Shown: one piece after another, positions 1-9,988 of the stretch
Layout: each line of letters begins with the position of its first letter
Position numbering within the stretch: position 1 is the stretch's first letter
Origin: a virus
Direction: 5' to 3' (one strand)
DNA length: 64,000 nucleotides
IMG/VR virus record: IMGVR_UViG_3300043446_001534
Location: 3,989-67,988 of that record
Program-made: the position numbers and the translations under genes
Notes under the pieces: generated by a model
Told to the model about the DNA's origin: nothing
The model's input: the letters and a program-made list of their open reading frames with translations, nothing else
Database searches by the model: none

Positions 1-906
1 GTACGTCCTGTACGTGACGCCCTGCCTAAGTTCCAGGCTGACCGCGGCGGTATCCGCTTCGTAACTCCACCGAGTTTCGCAGCTGACACCTACAATGCTG
101 CTGTTGGTATTTGGACTGCAGCAACCGACACCACTCCTTACGCTAACACCAAGGCATCTCTTACTGTCTCGGCTGCTCAGGAAAACACCGTGTCTACAGA
201 CGCTGTCACTTTGCAGCTACAGTTTGGTAACCTGATGACTCGTGCTTACCCAGAGTTGATTGCTCGTCACAACGAGCTAGCTCTTGTACAGCACGCTCGT
301 GAGGCAGAAGACAACCTGCTAAGCAAGATTGGCAACGCATCTACAGCTGTTACAACCACAAGCCTTATTGGTTTCGGTCGTGACTTCCTAGTTCAGATTC
401 GTCGTGCCGCTACTGCTTACCGTAGCCGTCACCGTCTAGACCCTAAGACCAACCTTAAGGCTATCATTCCTGCATGGGTATACTCAGCTATGGCTGCAGA
501 CCTTACTCTATCTATGCCAGGTGACGGTACTCTATCGGTCTCTGAGTCAGAAATCAATGGCTACTTGGCTAACGTCAACGTAACCTTGACTCCTACCCTT
601 GACGGTACAGTGTTCGGTTCGCAGGGTGCTACCGCACTACTTGAGTTCCCAGACAGCTTTGTTTGGTACCTCTTCGCAGAGGGTTCATTCCTCTTCCTAG
701 ATGGTGGAACTCTAGACCTCGGTATCATCCGTGACAGCTCGCTAGTCGGCACCAACGACTACAAGATGTTCGTTGAAACCTTCGAGAACGTTGCCTTTGT
801 TGGTATCGAGTCTCTAAAGATTACATCGACCATCTCGGTCAACGGTGTAGCCGCTGCTCTACGCGACACCACTGGTGGCGCAACTGCAGCTGCAATCGAG
901 TACTAA
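1..906 (+). CDS. Major capsid protein, C-terminal part (5' truncated by window edge)
   Basis: Frame 1 is open from base 1 (VRPVRDALPKFQADRGGIRF...). It contains the motif FLFLDGGTLDLGIIRDS..NDYKMFVETFE typical of actinophage capsid proteins, shows strongly biased codons and heads the structural operon. Confidence 0.8.
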   Translation, partial: VRPVRDALPKFQADRGGIRFVTPPSFAADTYNAAVGIWTAATDTTPYANTKASLTVSAAQENTVSTDAVTLQLQFGNLMTRAYPELIARHNELALVQHAREAEDNLLSKIGNASTAVTTTSLIGFGRDFLVQIRRAATAYRSRHRLDPKTNLKAIIPAWVYSAMAADLTLSMPGDGTLSVSESEINGYLANVNVTLTPTLDGTVFGSQGATALLEFPDSFVWYLFAEGSFLFLDGGTLDLGIIRDSSLVGTNDYKMFVETFENVAFVGIESLKITSTISVNGVAAALRDTTGGATAAAIEY

Positions 907-918
907 AAATCGCAGTGG

Positions 919-943
919 AGGGGGGCCTGGCAACGGGCCCCCT
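919..943 (+). terminator. GC-rich hairpin after the capsid gene (terminator or mRNA stabiliser)
   Basis: GGGGGCCTG-GCAA-CGGGCCCCC with a GNRA loop; no U-tract. Confidence 0.5.
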
Positions 944-980
944 AACACAACAACTTTGAACTTATAGTTAAGGAACATAA

Positions 981-2123
981 ATGGCCACTTTTGATGGAGC
1001 ATTTCCAGCACCGAAGATTGTACCCTCGGCGTTTGGCCTATTTTCCGTATTTGACCCAAAGAATCCAAATACTGAAGATAAGTGGGTACGAGGTTTTGAC
1101 CAGTGGTGGGAAACTAGACCTAACTATGTTAGAAACTGGGACGAAACTAGCACTACTTCTTACGTAGTTGACTCAAACCCTGGTGCTGCTCGTTACAGCC
1201 ACCACGTACCATTCTTTATTGAAGCTGAAGATTACGCTTCGACTTTCGGTCTCAACGGTGAAGACCGTTTTGCACGTGTCCTACGTCAGCTAGAAGGCTG
1301 TTCTCAGAAGGCTTGTGAAGTAGAACTCTGGGACGGAACAGTAGCCCTGCAGGGAACTGGTACTGACCTAGTAAACCCATACCTGGCTAAAGGTTCTACT
1401 CTTACTATTCTTTCTGGTCGCAAGTCTGACGGCTCACTTGCTGACCCTACAGCCGATGGTGCTGCTATTTCGGTCAAGCATGGTATATCTGTACTTGAAT
1501 ACAACATTGGTCAGTACTCGTCTGGCGGTGAGCAGGGTTGGATTCACATGACTCGTGATACTGCTGCAATCCTTAGCTCATATAACCAGATGGTATTTCA
1601 CCAGCCTGGAGCAGTTAAGACCGAACACCTACAAACTTTTGGTGGAACTCCAATGGTTGTTGGTTCTGGTTACTCTGGTAATGGTCCAGTTGTAAACGTT
1701 ACTAACAAAGTTGCAGACGGAACCAACGCTACACTCACTACTGCTACAAACCACGGTCTAGCTGTAGGAGATACTGTGACTGTTGTTGGTGTTGACTCTA
1801 CATTCAACGGAACTTATACAACTATCACTGGTACAGCAGGAACTACAATCAAGTACGCTAAAGCAGCTACTGTGTCCTCAGCTGCTACCAGCGGCGGAAC
1901 TGCTCAGATGCAGGCCAATAGCCGCTACAAATGGATTTACGCTTCGGGTGAAGTACGAGTTTATCTCGGAAAGTCTGAAGTGGTAAACGACAGCTTAGCT
2001 CAAGGCTATGGTGTTGCAGCAAATCAGAATGACATAAGAATTAAAGCTACTCGAGCAGCCGCCGTGTACTTTGATACATCCATCCACCTAGGTGTCAAGG
2101 TCGACTTGACCCTAACCAACTAA
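981..2123 (+). CDS. Virion structural protein (capsid-associated) with one inserted HGL-GD beta-domain
   Basis: Lies between the capsid and major tail genes, with RBS AAGGA. Contains the TTATNHGLAVGDTVTVVGV repeat unit. Confidence 0.5.
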   Translation: MATFDGAFPAPKIVPSAFGLFSVFDPKNPNTEDKWVRGFDQWWETRPNYVRNWDETSTTSYVVDSNPGAARYSHHVPFFIEAEDYASTFGLNGEDRFARVLRQLEGCSQKACEVELWDGTVALQGTGTDLVNPYLAKGSTLTILSGRKSDGSLADPTADGAAISVKHGISVLEYNIGQYSSGGEQGWIHMTRDTAAILSSYNQMVFHQPGAVKTEHLQTFGGTPMVVGSGYSGNGPVVNVTNKVADGTNATLTTATNHGLAVGDTVTVVGVDSTFNGTYTTITGTAGTTIKYAKAATVSSAATSGGTAQMQANSRYKWIYASGEVRVYLGKSEVVNDSLAQGYGVAANQNDIRIKATRAAAVYFDTSIHLGVKVDLTLTN

Positions 2124-2140
2124 TATAAGGAGAAAAGGCT

Positions 2141-3307
2141 ATGCCTACTCAAGATTATGCAGCCAGCATCCAGGGTGTGTCGATTCGTGTCACCCGTCTG
2201 GACGCTGCTGGTAACCTACTAACTGGTCCTCTGGACAGCTACACAACATCAGCATTTATGCGTGTTTCGTTTACCCCTGAATATGAAGAGGGTGACGAAA
2301 TCACCGAAAAGGGTGCTAACGGTGTTATTTGTGTATCTTACAAGGCTCCAGACACTCTGAAGCGTATTACCATGGAGCTCGCTATTTGTGAGCCAGACCC
2401 AGAGCTTTCTGCTTTGATTTCTGGTGGTTTACTGCTTCGTAAGAACATTTCTAACGATGCAACTAACAACTTTAAATCAGTTGGTTGGGCTGCTCCAGGC
2501 GTTGGAGATGACCCAGCCGGTAACGGTGTAGCCATCGAAGCATGGTCGCACGCAGTTTCTGGTGGTAAGCGTGCTTCGGTATTGCCTTACTTCCACTGGG
2601 TATTCCCATATGTGAAGATGCGTCAATCAGGTGACCGTGTTATTGAAAACGGTATGCTCGCCAACACATTCGAAGGTTACGGCCTTGGAAACGTTGGTTT
2701 CGGTTCAGGTATCGACGGCCGCTGGGAGTTCCCGGTTGCTACTGACCGTCCGTACTCTTACGCACGTACATCATGGGCACCAACCGGACTATCTGGTTTC
2801 TACACCTGGTCTGACAACTCAACCAACCAGGTTGTATTCTCAGCTAGCGGTGCTGGTACTAAGAACAAGACCACAATCACCATTGCTAACGTTGCTGCAA
2901 GCAACACAGCTTCGACTAACAACATCACCATGGGCTTCTCTGCAGACCCTGCACTTGCTGTCGGTGACGTTATTCGTGTGGCTAACATTGGTGTCGAGTT
3001 CGACGGTGACGTAACTGTTATTTCGAGTGCTTCGAACACAATTACATACACCTCGCCTGTTGCTAACACCACATTCAATACATTGACAGCCAACACTGCT
3101 TTGGTCACTAACACCACTGCCCGTGTTCAGGTTATCAATGCTGTTACTGAGGTCCGCACTACACCGGTCGCTACAACTGAAACCGACTTCAACTCGTCTG
3201 TTTCAGACCAGAGCTTCAACGTTCCTGGAAGCAAGACCTACAATGCTGACAATGCAATTGACAACATTATTACTGCAAATGAGTCTGGCACCACAAGCGC
3301 TAACTAA
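2141..3307 (+). CDS. Major tail protein with S/T/N-rich C-terminal extension
   Basis: Motifs IRVTRLD, YEEGDEITEKGANG.IC and LAICEPDPEL as in actinophage major tail proteins; strong RBS AAGGAG. Confidence 0.8.
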   Translation: MPTQDYAASIQGVSIRVTRLDAAGNLLTGPLDSYTTSAFMRVSFTPEYEEGDEITEKGANGVICVSYKAPDTLKRITMELAICEPDPELSALISGGLLLRKNISNDATNNFKSVGWAAPGVGDDPAGNGVAIEAWSHAVSGGKRASVLPYFHWVFPYVKMRQSGDRVIENGMLANTFEGYGLGNVGFGSGIDGRWEFPVATDRPYSYARTSWAPTGLSGFYTWSDNSTNQVVFSASGAGTKNKTTITIANVAASNTASTNNITMGFSADPALAVGDVIRVANIGVEFDGDVTVISSASNTITYTSPVANTTFNTLTANTALVTNTTARVQVINAVTEVRTTPVATTETDFNSSVSDQSFNVPGSKTYNADNAIDNIITANESGTTSAN

Positions 3308-3320
3308 TAGCAGGTAACTC

Positions 3321-3360
3321 AGTGGGCGGTGCATCCAGTAAAATGGATGTACCGCCCGCT
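3321..3360 (+). terminator. 17-bp stem-loop after the major tail gene
   Basis: AGTGGGCGGTGCATCCA-GTAAAA-TGGATGTACCGCCCGCT. Confidence 0.6.
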
Positions 3361-3386
3361 TAGTTTGAGAGACAGACAGAGGAATT

Positions 3387-4496
3387 ATGGCAAATAATTT
3401 GTGGATTCAGCCAGAAGAACTGGGTCACTATGCCAATACTGAATATGCCCAGGAGGCGTGTGAAGTTGCATCGTTTCTACTGTGGGCTATGTCTGGCCGT
3501 AAATATACTGGCGAGACTGTTGTAACCGAGCGTTATACCTGTGTTCTTCGCAACAACAGAATGGGCCCGTCTACTAAAACAAATTCTCCAGTTCTGTTTG
3601 GTGGAGATGTATATAACATCCCATCAGGTGACTATGACGAATACTCAGAGCTCACCGCAGACGGCCTCTCCCCAGATGCTCGTATTAGACTGCGTGGTAG
3701 ACCGGTTTCTAAAGTTATTGCAATTCGTAATAAGACTGGCGCAATCATTGACCCGTCTAAATATTACCTAGTTGACCACTCTACTATTCATATTGCTGCC
3801 GGAACCCCGTGGACCCCTTGTAATACAGAAATTACTTATATGTATGGTACCCCCGTTCCAGTTGCTGGAAAAATGGCTGCACTGACTATGGCTACAGAAT
3901 TTGCCAAACTTTGGGCCGGCGATGACGACTGTGCTCTACCTCAGCGTATTACATCTGTATCTCGTCAGGGTGTTTCTTTCACGATTCTAGATAACCAAGA
4001 GTTTATTGCCGAGCTTCGTACTGGTCTTTACGCAGTTGACCTGTTCTTGAAGACTGTAAACCCAGACAATGCTCGTAGGAAGTCAAAGGTATTTACCCCT
4101 GATGTCCCTCGTGCTCGCCGTTACACAGCTAAGCCTCTCTACCTAACTGCGGACCCAGACTTCGACGTAACAGTTGTTAGAACTACCCCTGGTACTTGGA
4201 CTTCTAGCGGAACTACCGCTAATGTGACTGCACTTGTAGATGAGGTCGGGTGGACTCCAGTAGTGACTCTTCGTAACTACGGGGGTACTAAGTCTGTTGA
4301 TTTAGATATTTCAGCAATAACTATTGACACCGTAGGTAACGTAGTTTCCTTCGAGGTTTCATACGATAAGGCTTTTGCAGCTCTTGGAATGGTTGACCCT
4401 GGAACTTGGACACTGTACGCTACCAAGACAATTGCTGGTGTTCTAAACGTAAATGAAATAGCTACTGGAAACTTAACTATACAGATGTGGCCGTAA
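3387..4496 (+). CDS. Head-to-tail adaptor with C-terminal extension
   Basis: Motifs ASFLLWAMSGRKY, CALPQRITSVSRQGVS and TGLYAVDLFLKTVNP; position in the operon. Confidence 0.65.
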   Translation: MANNLWIQPEELGHYANTEYAQEACEVASFLLWAMSGRKYTGETVVTERYTCVLRNNRMGPSTKTNSPVLFGGDVYNIPSGDYDEYSELTADGLSPDARIRLRGRPVSKVIAIRNKTGAIIDPSKYYLVDHSTIHIAAGTPWTPCNTEITYMYGTPVPVAGKMAALTMATEFAKLWAGDDDCALPQRITSVSRQGVSFTILDNQEFIAELRTGLYAVDLFLKTVNPDNARRKSKVFTPDVPRARRYTAKPLYLTADPDFDVTVVRTTPGTWTSSGTTANVTALVDEVGWTPVVTLRNYGGTKSVDLDISAITIDTVGNVVSFEVSYDKAFAALGMVDPGTWTLYATKTIAGVLNVNEIATGNLTIQMWP

Positions 4497-4509
4497 GGAT
4501 AAATAGCAT

Positions 4510-5007
4510 ATGAGAGACTTAAGTGGAGTTGACTCTGATGCACTACGTCTAAAGAACATGCTTGACGGAGTGCTAGAGCGAGTACAAAGTGTATACCAAA
4601 GCTACAACGTTCCGCTTCCTGGTCGTCAATATTGGATGATTGGCGAACCAGCCCTCGACTGTGAGCAAGTTGTTGTTGCGTTTGACCAGCTGTATTTAGG
4701 CACTCCCGGAGATGAAATTGCTCAGCCTAACCGCTGTAACGTTCCTCGTAGTGCCACTTTCCGTATTCTAATATCACGTGAAGTTGCTATTGTTGGCATG
4801 AATGGTCGCCCGCCTACAGGTGATAAGATTCAGCAAACTTCTGTACTACCTACTATTGACGCCTGGATTCTAATGGAAACCGTGCGTGAGTTTGACATGT
4901 GGGATGAGACTGGCTACGGTCTTGGTGTTGTGGCTAGCCTAGAAATTGCTGGTCCCGAGGGTGGGTTCAACACAGTTGGACTTCGACTTACTATGGCGGT
5001 TCCGTAA
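4510..5007 (+). CDS. Tail completion/terminator-like protein
   Basis: Position between adaptor and chaperone; ends in GPEGGF...LRLTM. Confidence 0.5.
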   Translation: MRDLSGVDSDALRLKNMLDGVLERVQSVYQSYNVPLPGRQYWMIGEPALDCEQVVVAFDQLYLGTPGDEIAQPNRCNVPRSATFRILISREVAIVGMNGRPPTGDKIQQTSVLPTIDAWILMETVREFDMWDETGYGLGVVASLEIAGPEGGFNTVGLRLTMAVP

Positions 5008-5008
5008 A

Positions 5009-5431
5009 ATGGCTACACCTAGATACAGACTAACCATTTACGATTCAAAGCTTCATTTGTTCTTAAATACTCCCAACTCGGGCGACCGTGAAGACCTATG
5101 GAAATATATAGAGCGTCGATTGAATCGCACTGTTTTTGCGGCTAAAAGAGATGTTGGAGTGAGGACTGGTGCTTTGCGTGCCAGCATTTCTAGCTATCAC
5201 CTAGGTAACTCAACTGGTCAATATGCGGGAGTTCGTGCTACCAGGCCATATGCTTTGATGCATCACGAGGGAACTAGACCTCACCTCATAAAGCCAAGTT
5301 CGGCTCCTAAATTGGTGTTTGTGAGTAAAAGTCGAGTTGTTAGGACCTCTCTCGTTAAGCACCCTGGAACAAAGCCTAACAAGTTCCTAGCAAATAACCT
5401 AGATATCCTCGCTGGAATAAAGCGGGGCTAA
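5009..5431 (+). CDS. HK97 gp10-like neck/tail-completion protein
   Basis: Motifs VRTGALRASI, YALMHHEGTRPH and VKHPGTKPNKFL; ATG at 5009 directly after the upstream stop. Confidence 0.65.
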   Translation: MATPRYRLTIYDSKLHLFLNTPNSGDREDLWKYIERRLNRTVFAAKRDVGVRTGALRASISSYHLGNSTGQYAGVRATRPYALMHHEGTRPHLIKPSSAPKLVFVSKSRVVRTSLVKHPGTKPNKFLANNLDILAGIKRG

Positions 5432-5516
5432 TAGCCATTTTTGAGGCATAGTACAATAGACATAGGCGTAATCCAACGCTTTTCTACTACAACTACAAAA
5501 GAAAGATACTACTAAG

Positions 5517-5858
5517 ATGGCAAGATTCAAAGATTTTGGCAAAGGCAAAGACGACGGTTCAGAGACCAGAGAACCAATCAAATTTGCAATACATGGTGAA
5601 GAGTTTGTCTGTCACCCACGCATGCAGGGTAAGACCCTACTACAGTTCGTAGAACTAGCTAACTCGGAAGACGCTGGTGACTCTGCAAAAATCACTCGAG
5701 TTTTCTTCGAGAAAGTTATGTCCCCTAAAGAGTACGAGCGTTTCAACACTCTGCTAGATGACCCAGAAAAAATTGTCTCGGTTGAAACACTCGGTGAGAT
5801 TATTGGATGGTTGATTGAGGAATACAGCAACCGCCCAAATCAGCAGCCAGAGGCTTAA
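5517..5858 (+). CDS. Tail assembly chaperone (G)
   Basis: Acidic 113-aa ORF two ORFs upstream of the tape measure gene, ending ...EYSNRPN with a slippery site. Confidence 0.8.
   Translation: MARFKDFGKGKDDGSETREPIKFAIHGEEFVCHPRMQGKTLLQFVELANSEDAGDSAKITRVFFEKVMSPKEYERFNTLLDDPEKIVSVETLGEIIGWLIEEYSNRPNQQPEA
5834..5840 (+). other. Programmed -1 frameshift heptamer C CCA AAT
   Basis: X XXY YYZ in the correct phase of the chaperone ORF. The -1 frame is open from 5834 through 6244. Confidence 0.75.
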
Positions 5859-6244
5859 CACTCTGGGCGGTTGACCTCTGGCCGTATGTAAATGGAAAAG
5901 CACTAGTGAATGGACTCAGACTTGAAGAGATGGAACTCTCTGACATGCTAGATGTCATTCACTACTTCTATGAAGAAGACTTAAATTACGCTACTGTAGA
6001 GCAGGCTCAGATGAGTGACGCTAGACGTGTCACTCTGTTTAAGCAGCTTTATGGAATCGAATATAAGTACGCTTCTGAAGATGTTAAAAACAGGACTGCT
6101 GGAAACAGTTTTGATTTTGACTTAGATGACCCAGTTCCATTTGACCCAGCTAATGCTAAGACTAAACCGTTCATCCCTGCAACACAGGTAGATGCTGATT
6201 CGTACAACCCGTTTGGCAGCATCTTAGATGCTCCTATCAACTAG
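5834..6244 (+). CDS. Tail assembly chaperone frameshift extension (T part of GT)
   Basis: The -1 frame reads SAARGLTLWAVDLWPYVNGKALVNGLRLEEMELSDMLD..., with no good RBS before GTG 5906. Confidence 0.75.
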   Translation, partial: PKSAARGLTLWAVDLWPYVNGKALVNGLRLEEMELSDMLDVIHYFYEEDLNYATVEQAQMSDARRVTLFKQLYGIEYKYASEDVKNRTAGNSFDFDLDDPVPFDPANAKTKPFIPATQVDADSYNPFGSILDAPIN

Positions 6245-6265
6245 AGACTATAAGGAGGTGAGCAC

Positions 6266-9200
6266 ATGGCAGTAGTCGGTGAAGCCAGAATTACCGTCGT
6301 CGCGGATACCCGCGGCGTAAAAGACCAAATCCGCAGAGGATTTCAAGGTGCTACTGCCGAAGCTCAGCGGGCTGCGGAGGATGTTTCCAAAGCATTCAAC
6401 AAAGGAATCTCTGACGGCAGTAATGGTAGCGGGTTTACTAAATGGGCTAAAGAAGCTAAAAAACTTTCTAGTGAATTCCACAAAGCTATTAGAAATAGCT
6501 ACAAGTGGCAAGCCGCCACCGGTGCATTACTCCAATCCATTATGGCACTTGGTGGCGGTCTTCTAGCCCTTGTCGGTAATATTGCAGGAGCGGCTTCGGC
6601 TGGTGTAGCACTGGTTGGAGTAATGGTCCAACTGAAAGTTGCCAGCTTAGTTGGTAAACAAGCATTTAGCGGTGTAATGGCGGCTGTCAAAGCCGGTGGC
6701 ACAGCTGCTGGTGGTACTGGAAAAACTATTAGAGAGCTTCGAGAAGAGATGCAGCAACTTGCATTCTCTGCTGAAGAGGCTGCTCTAAGTCAAGAAAAAG
6801 CTAGCATAAGTCTAGAAAAAGCAAGAGAGAATCTTGCTAGAGTACAAAATCTACCACCAGACAACCGTGCTCGTCGCGAGGCAGAGCTTGCCTATCAAGA
6901 AGCTGACCTGGCTTATAGAAAAGCTAAAGATAGAAATGCTGACCTTCAAGAGCAGATAAATAATCCTCAAAAGAAGAGTCGTTCAGGTGCTGGTGCCGAC
7001 CCGTACAAGAACCTCACTGAGACTCAAAAGAAGTTCGCTCAGTATCTAGTTAGCGTACAGCCTAAGATGAAGGAGCTAAGAGAGGCGGCTGCGTCTAGCT
7101 TCCTTCCTGAGCTCACTAGGCAGATGCAAGTCATGTTCAAGGGTGGCTTTTTTCAAATGCTTGTCAAGGGCTTTGAAAACGTTAGCAGTGGACTTGCTAA
7201 AGCAACTAGGGGCTTCACTAATACCCTGTTTGACCCTAATACTAAGAAAAACATGGCTGAGCTATTTAAGAATAGCGCGACTACTGTTGGTACGCTTGGC
7301 GGAGCCTTAGGTAAAGTATTTGGCGGATTCCTGACTTTGATGAGGGCGATTCAGCCACTAATTGGTAGATTTGTCCTATTTCTAAATTCCAGAGCTGATA
7401 ATTTTGGCAGAAGCATGCAGGGCAACTTTGCAAATATTATGGAATTCTTTAGAAAAGCCGGAGATGCTGCAGCTGGCTGGGGGCAGCTGCTAGAAAAACT
7501 TTTCACTAAGTTCAAAGAAATGATTAAGGCTAACGTTGGGCCTGGAACTGGTGGACAACTACTACTTGACTTCTTTAACAAAGGTACCGCTGGGTTTAGA
7601 GGTCTTGACGGTGCAGCAGGAGAGTTTGCTCGTAAGCAGCACTTCTTAGCTGCGGCTACTAACTTAAAAGCAATGTTAGAGAGCCTCGGTAAGATATTTA
7701 GCTTTATGTCTGACCTCGGTACTGACCCAGCTATTGCTGGTTTCTGGGGAATTTTAGCAGAACTAGAAGAACCTCTCGGACACATATTTAGCTCAATTAC
7801 AGGTGCTGGCGACGAGCTTGCTAAACTTCTAGTTACTGTAGTTGAGATTGTTGCATCGTTCACTGACTCTGGTCAGCTAACTATGTACTTAGAAGTTCTT
7901 GGAACTACTTTAAAAGTAATTGGCTCAGTGGTGGGAACACTATCTCCGATAATTCAAGCCTTTGGACCGCTTGTTGGAACCATTGGTGCTCTAGTAACTA
8001 CAATGTTGCTTCTATCTAAGACCACGAAAATTGTTGCTGGAACTTGGATGGCTTTTAGTGGTGTCGTTAGTGGTACAACTAGAGTTCTTACAATTTATAG
8101 AACAGCTTTAAAACTGAATACTGCTGCAGAAACATTTGGAGCTAGAGTTAAGGCTGGACTTCTGCTTCTTACAACTAAGCAAGGACGAGCAGACGCCATT
8201 GCTGCAATAAAAACTGCGTTCTCTGCTAGTAAAAAAACTGTTGAAACTGCCGCTACTGCAGCACTGGTTGGGGCAAAGACGGCAGACGGAGTTGCTACAA
8301 CTGGAGTTGGAATAGCATCCTCGGTTGCGACCCCGCAGGTGGCAGCATTCTCTGTGGCTGTAAACTCGGCTATCTGGCCACTAACTCTTATAGCTTTAGC
8401 TATTGCCGCTGTGGTGGCTGCAGTGGTTCTTCTAGTTTCTTGGATGAACCAAATTAAAGCTGACAATATTAAAAAAGCCAACAAGGCAATCAGCAAAGAG
8501 TTTGATGAAACTCGTGGAAAAGTAATTGGTGCCACTGATGCACAAAGACAGTGGACCGCAGCACTTCTCTCTGTGGGAGATAGTCAAAAGTCTGGAATTA
8601 CAGACCTTAAGTCTATGGGTAAGGCCCTTAATGATACTGGAAAGGTCTACTACAGTAGGGCTGGTGCTGTAAGGTATTACAGCCAAGAGACCATGAATGC
8701 TAGAGAAGCTATGGATGCCTATATTGGCAGCCTAGCTAAACTTGCTAAGAAGAATCTCCCGGAAGCTCAGCGTCAGTTCCGTAATATGGTCGTTGCCAGC
8801 GGAATGAACCGAAAGGCTACAGAACTTGCAGTAACCTCTAACAAAGATATGGTTGCTGCATTGGAGAAGCAAGCTAAGGCAATGGGTGACACCATTATGA
8901 ACGCCGATGGTACAGTCAACGCTCTTAAAGCAGTTGATTATGCAATTGGTGAAGGTAGTTATGTTCGTAGAAAAGCTGTACTTGAGCAGCAGAAGTTTGC
9001 TGAAACATTTAAGAATGCTGCTAAGTCGTTTATTGACTCGAACGATGCTATGCAGAAAGCAACAGATGACAAGGGTAAGTTCAGCCTAAGCAAGTACATA
9101 AAGAACTTGAGAGAGCAGGGCACGGCTCTTATCAACTGGAGACTAAATATCTCCAAACTAAATAAATTATTTACTGACAAAAAAGCACTTGAAGGTATTA

Positions 9201-9988
9201 TTGCTCAGGGAGCTGCCGGGGCCGACTTAGTTGCATCTCTTGCAGCTGGTGGTCAAGCAGCAGTTGATAGCTATACCGCAGCTCAGGGGGCAGCCGCGGC
9301 AGCCACCAAAGATGCTGAAACTTTTGCCGCGGCTTTTGGTGACACTACAGCGGTAGTTAATCTTATTAGAAAGAAGTTCAAGGGTGACTCTTGGCAGATG
9401 AGAGGATTGACCGAAGAGCTTGCTCAGGGATATGGTGCTTTGGAACTGCAGGCAAAGTATGGCATCAAGGAAAGCGATATTATTGCTGAGCAGAAGCGTC
9501 TTCAGGGTGGTGCTGACCTCGCTAGCACAGTAAACCTAAACGCTCAATGGGATGAGCAATCTCTAAAAGATGCAAAGGAACAGCTAAAAAAGGGTCTTGG
9601 AGATGTGACTCTAGAGGTTAAGAAAACTTCTAAAGATGGTGGTTTCTTCGACAGCGGTCTTGTGAATGGATTTAGAAGTGGTGGTTTAGTAGGTCGATTT
9701 GCAGATGGTTTTGGGCCTAGCTACACTGGTAGAGTTTCTGGTCTAGGCACTGCTCGCTCAGACCAAATCCCTGCAATGATTTCAAACGGTGAGTTTGTTG
9801 TAAATGCTCGTGCTACTGCTCAGAATCTTGCTCTTCTAACTGCCATCAACAGCAACAGAAATGTTTCTGCAGTGGGTGGTGGAATCTCTGTTGTAGTCAA
9901 CGCCGCTCCAGGTATGGATGAGACTCAGGTAGCCAACATTGTTGTTAGGCAGCTAGACCGAGCTATCGGGCTTGGAGGAGCTAAGTAA
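6266..9988 (+). CDS. Tape measure protein
   Basis: 1240 aa, Ala/Gly-rich and helical; starts AVVGEARITVVADT and ends SDQIPAMISNGEFVVNA; follows the chaperones. Confidence 0.9.
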   Translation: MAVVGEARITVVADTRGVKDQIRRGFQGATAEAQRAAEDVSKAFNKGISDGSNGSGFTKWAKEAKKLSSEFHKAIRNSYKWQAATGALLQSIMALGGGLLALVGNIAGAASAGVALVGVMVQLKVASLVGKQAFSGVMAAVKAGGTAAGGTGKTIRELREEMQQLAFSAEEAALSQEKASISLEKARENLARVQNLPPDNRARREAELAYQEADLAYRKAKDRNADLQEQINNPQKKSRSGAGADPYKNLTETQKKFAQYLVSVQPKMKELREAAASSFLPELTRQMQVMFKGGFFQMLVKGFENVSSGLAKATRGFTNTLFDPNTKKNMAELFKNSATTVGTLGGALGKVFGGFLTLMRAIQPLIGRFVLFLNSRADNFGRSMQGNFANIMEFFRKAGDAAAGWGQLLEKLFTKFKEMIKANVGPGTGGQLLLDFFNKGTAGFRGLDGAAGEFARKQHFLAAATNLKAMLESLGKIFSFMSDLGTDPAIAGFWGILAELEEPLGHIFSSITGAGDELAKLLVTVVEIVASFTDSGQLTMYLEVLGTTLKVIGSVVGTLSPIIQAFGPLVGTIGALVTTMLLLSKTTKIVAGTWMAFSGVVSGTTRVLTIYRTALKLNTAAETFGARVKAGLLLLTTKQGRADAIAAIKTAFSASKKTVETAATAALVGAKTADGVATTGVGIASSVATPQVAAFSVAVNSAIWPLTLIALAIAAVVAAVVLLVSWMNQIKADNIKKANKAISKEFDETRGKVIGATDAQRQWTAALLSVGDSQKSGITDLKSMGKALNDTGKVYYSRAGAVRYYSQETMNAREAMDAYIGSLAKLAKKNLPEAQRQFRNMVVASGMNRKATELAVTSNKDMVAALEKQAKAMGDTIMNADGTVNALKAVDYAIGEGSYVRRKAVLEQQKFAETFKNAAKSFIDSNDAMQKATDDKGKFSLSKYIKNLREQGTALINWRLNISKLNKLFTDKKALEGIIAQGAAGADLVASLAAGGQAAVDSYTAAQGAAAAATKDAETFAAAFGDTTAVVNLIRKKFKGDSWQMRGLTEELAQGYGALELQAKYGIKESDIIAEQKRLQGGADLASTVNLNAQWDEQSLKDAKEQLKKGLGDVTLEVKKTSKDGGFFDSGLVNGFRSGGLVGRFADGFGPSYTGRVSGLGTARSDQIPAMISNGEFVVNARATAQNLALLTAINSNRNVSAVGGGISVVVNAAPGMDETQVANIVVRQLDRAIGLGGAK

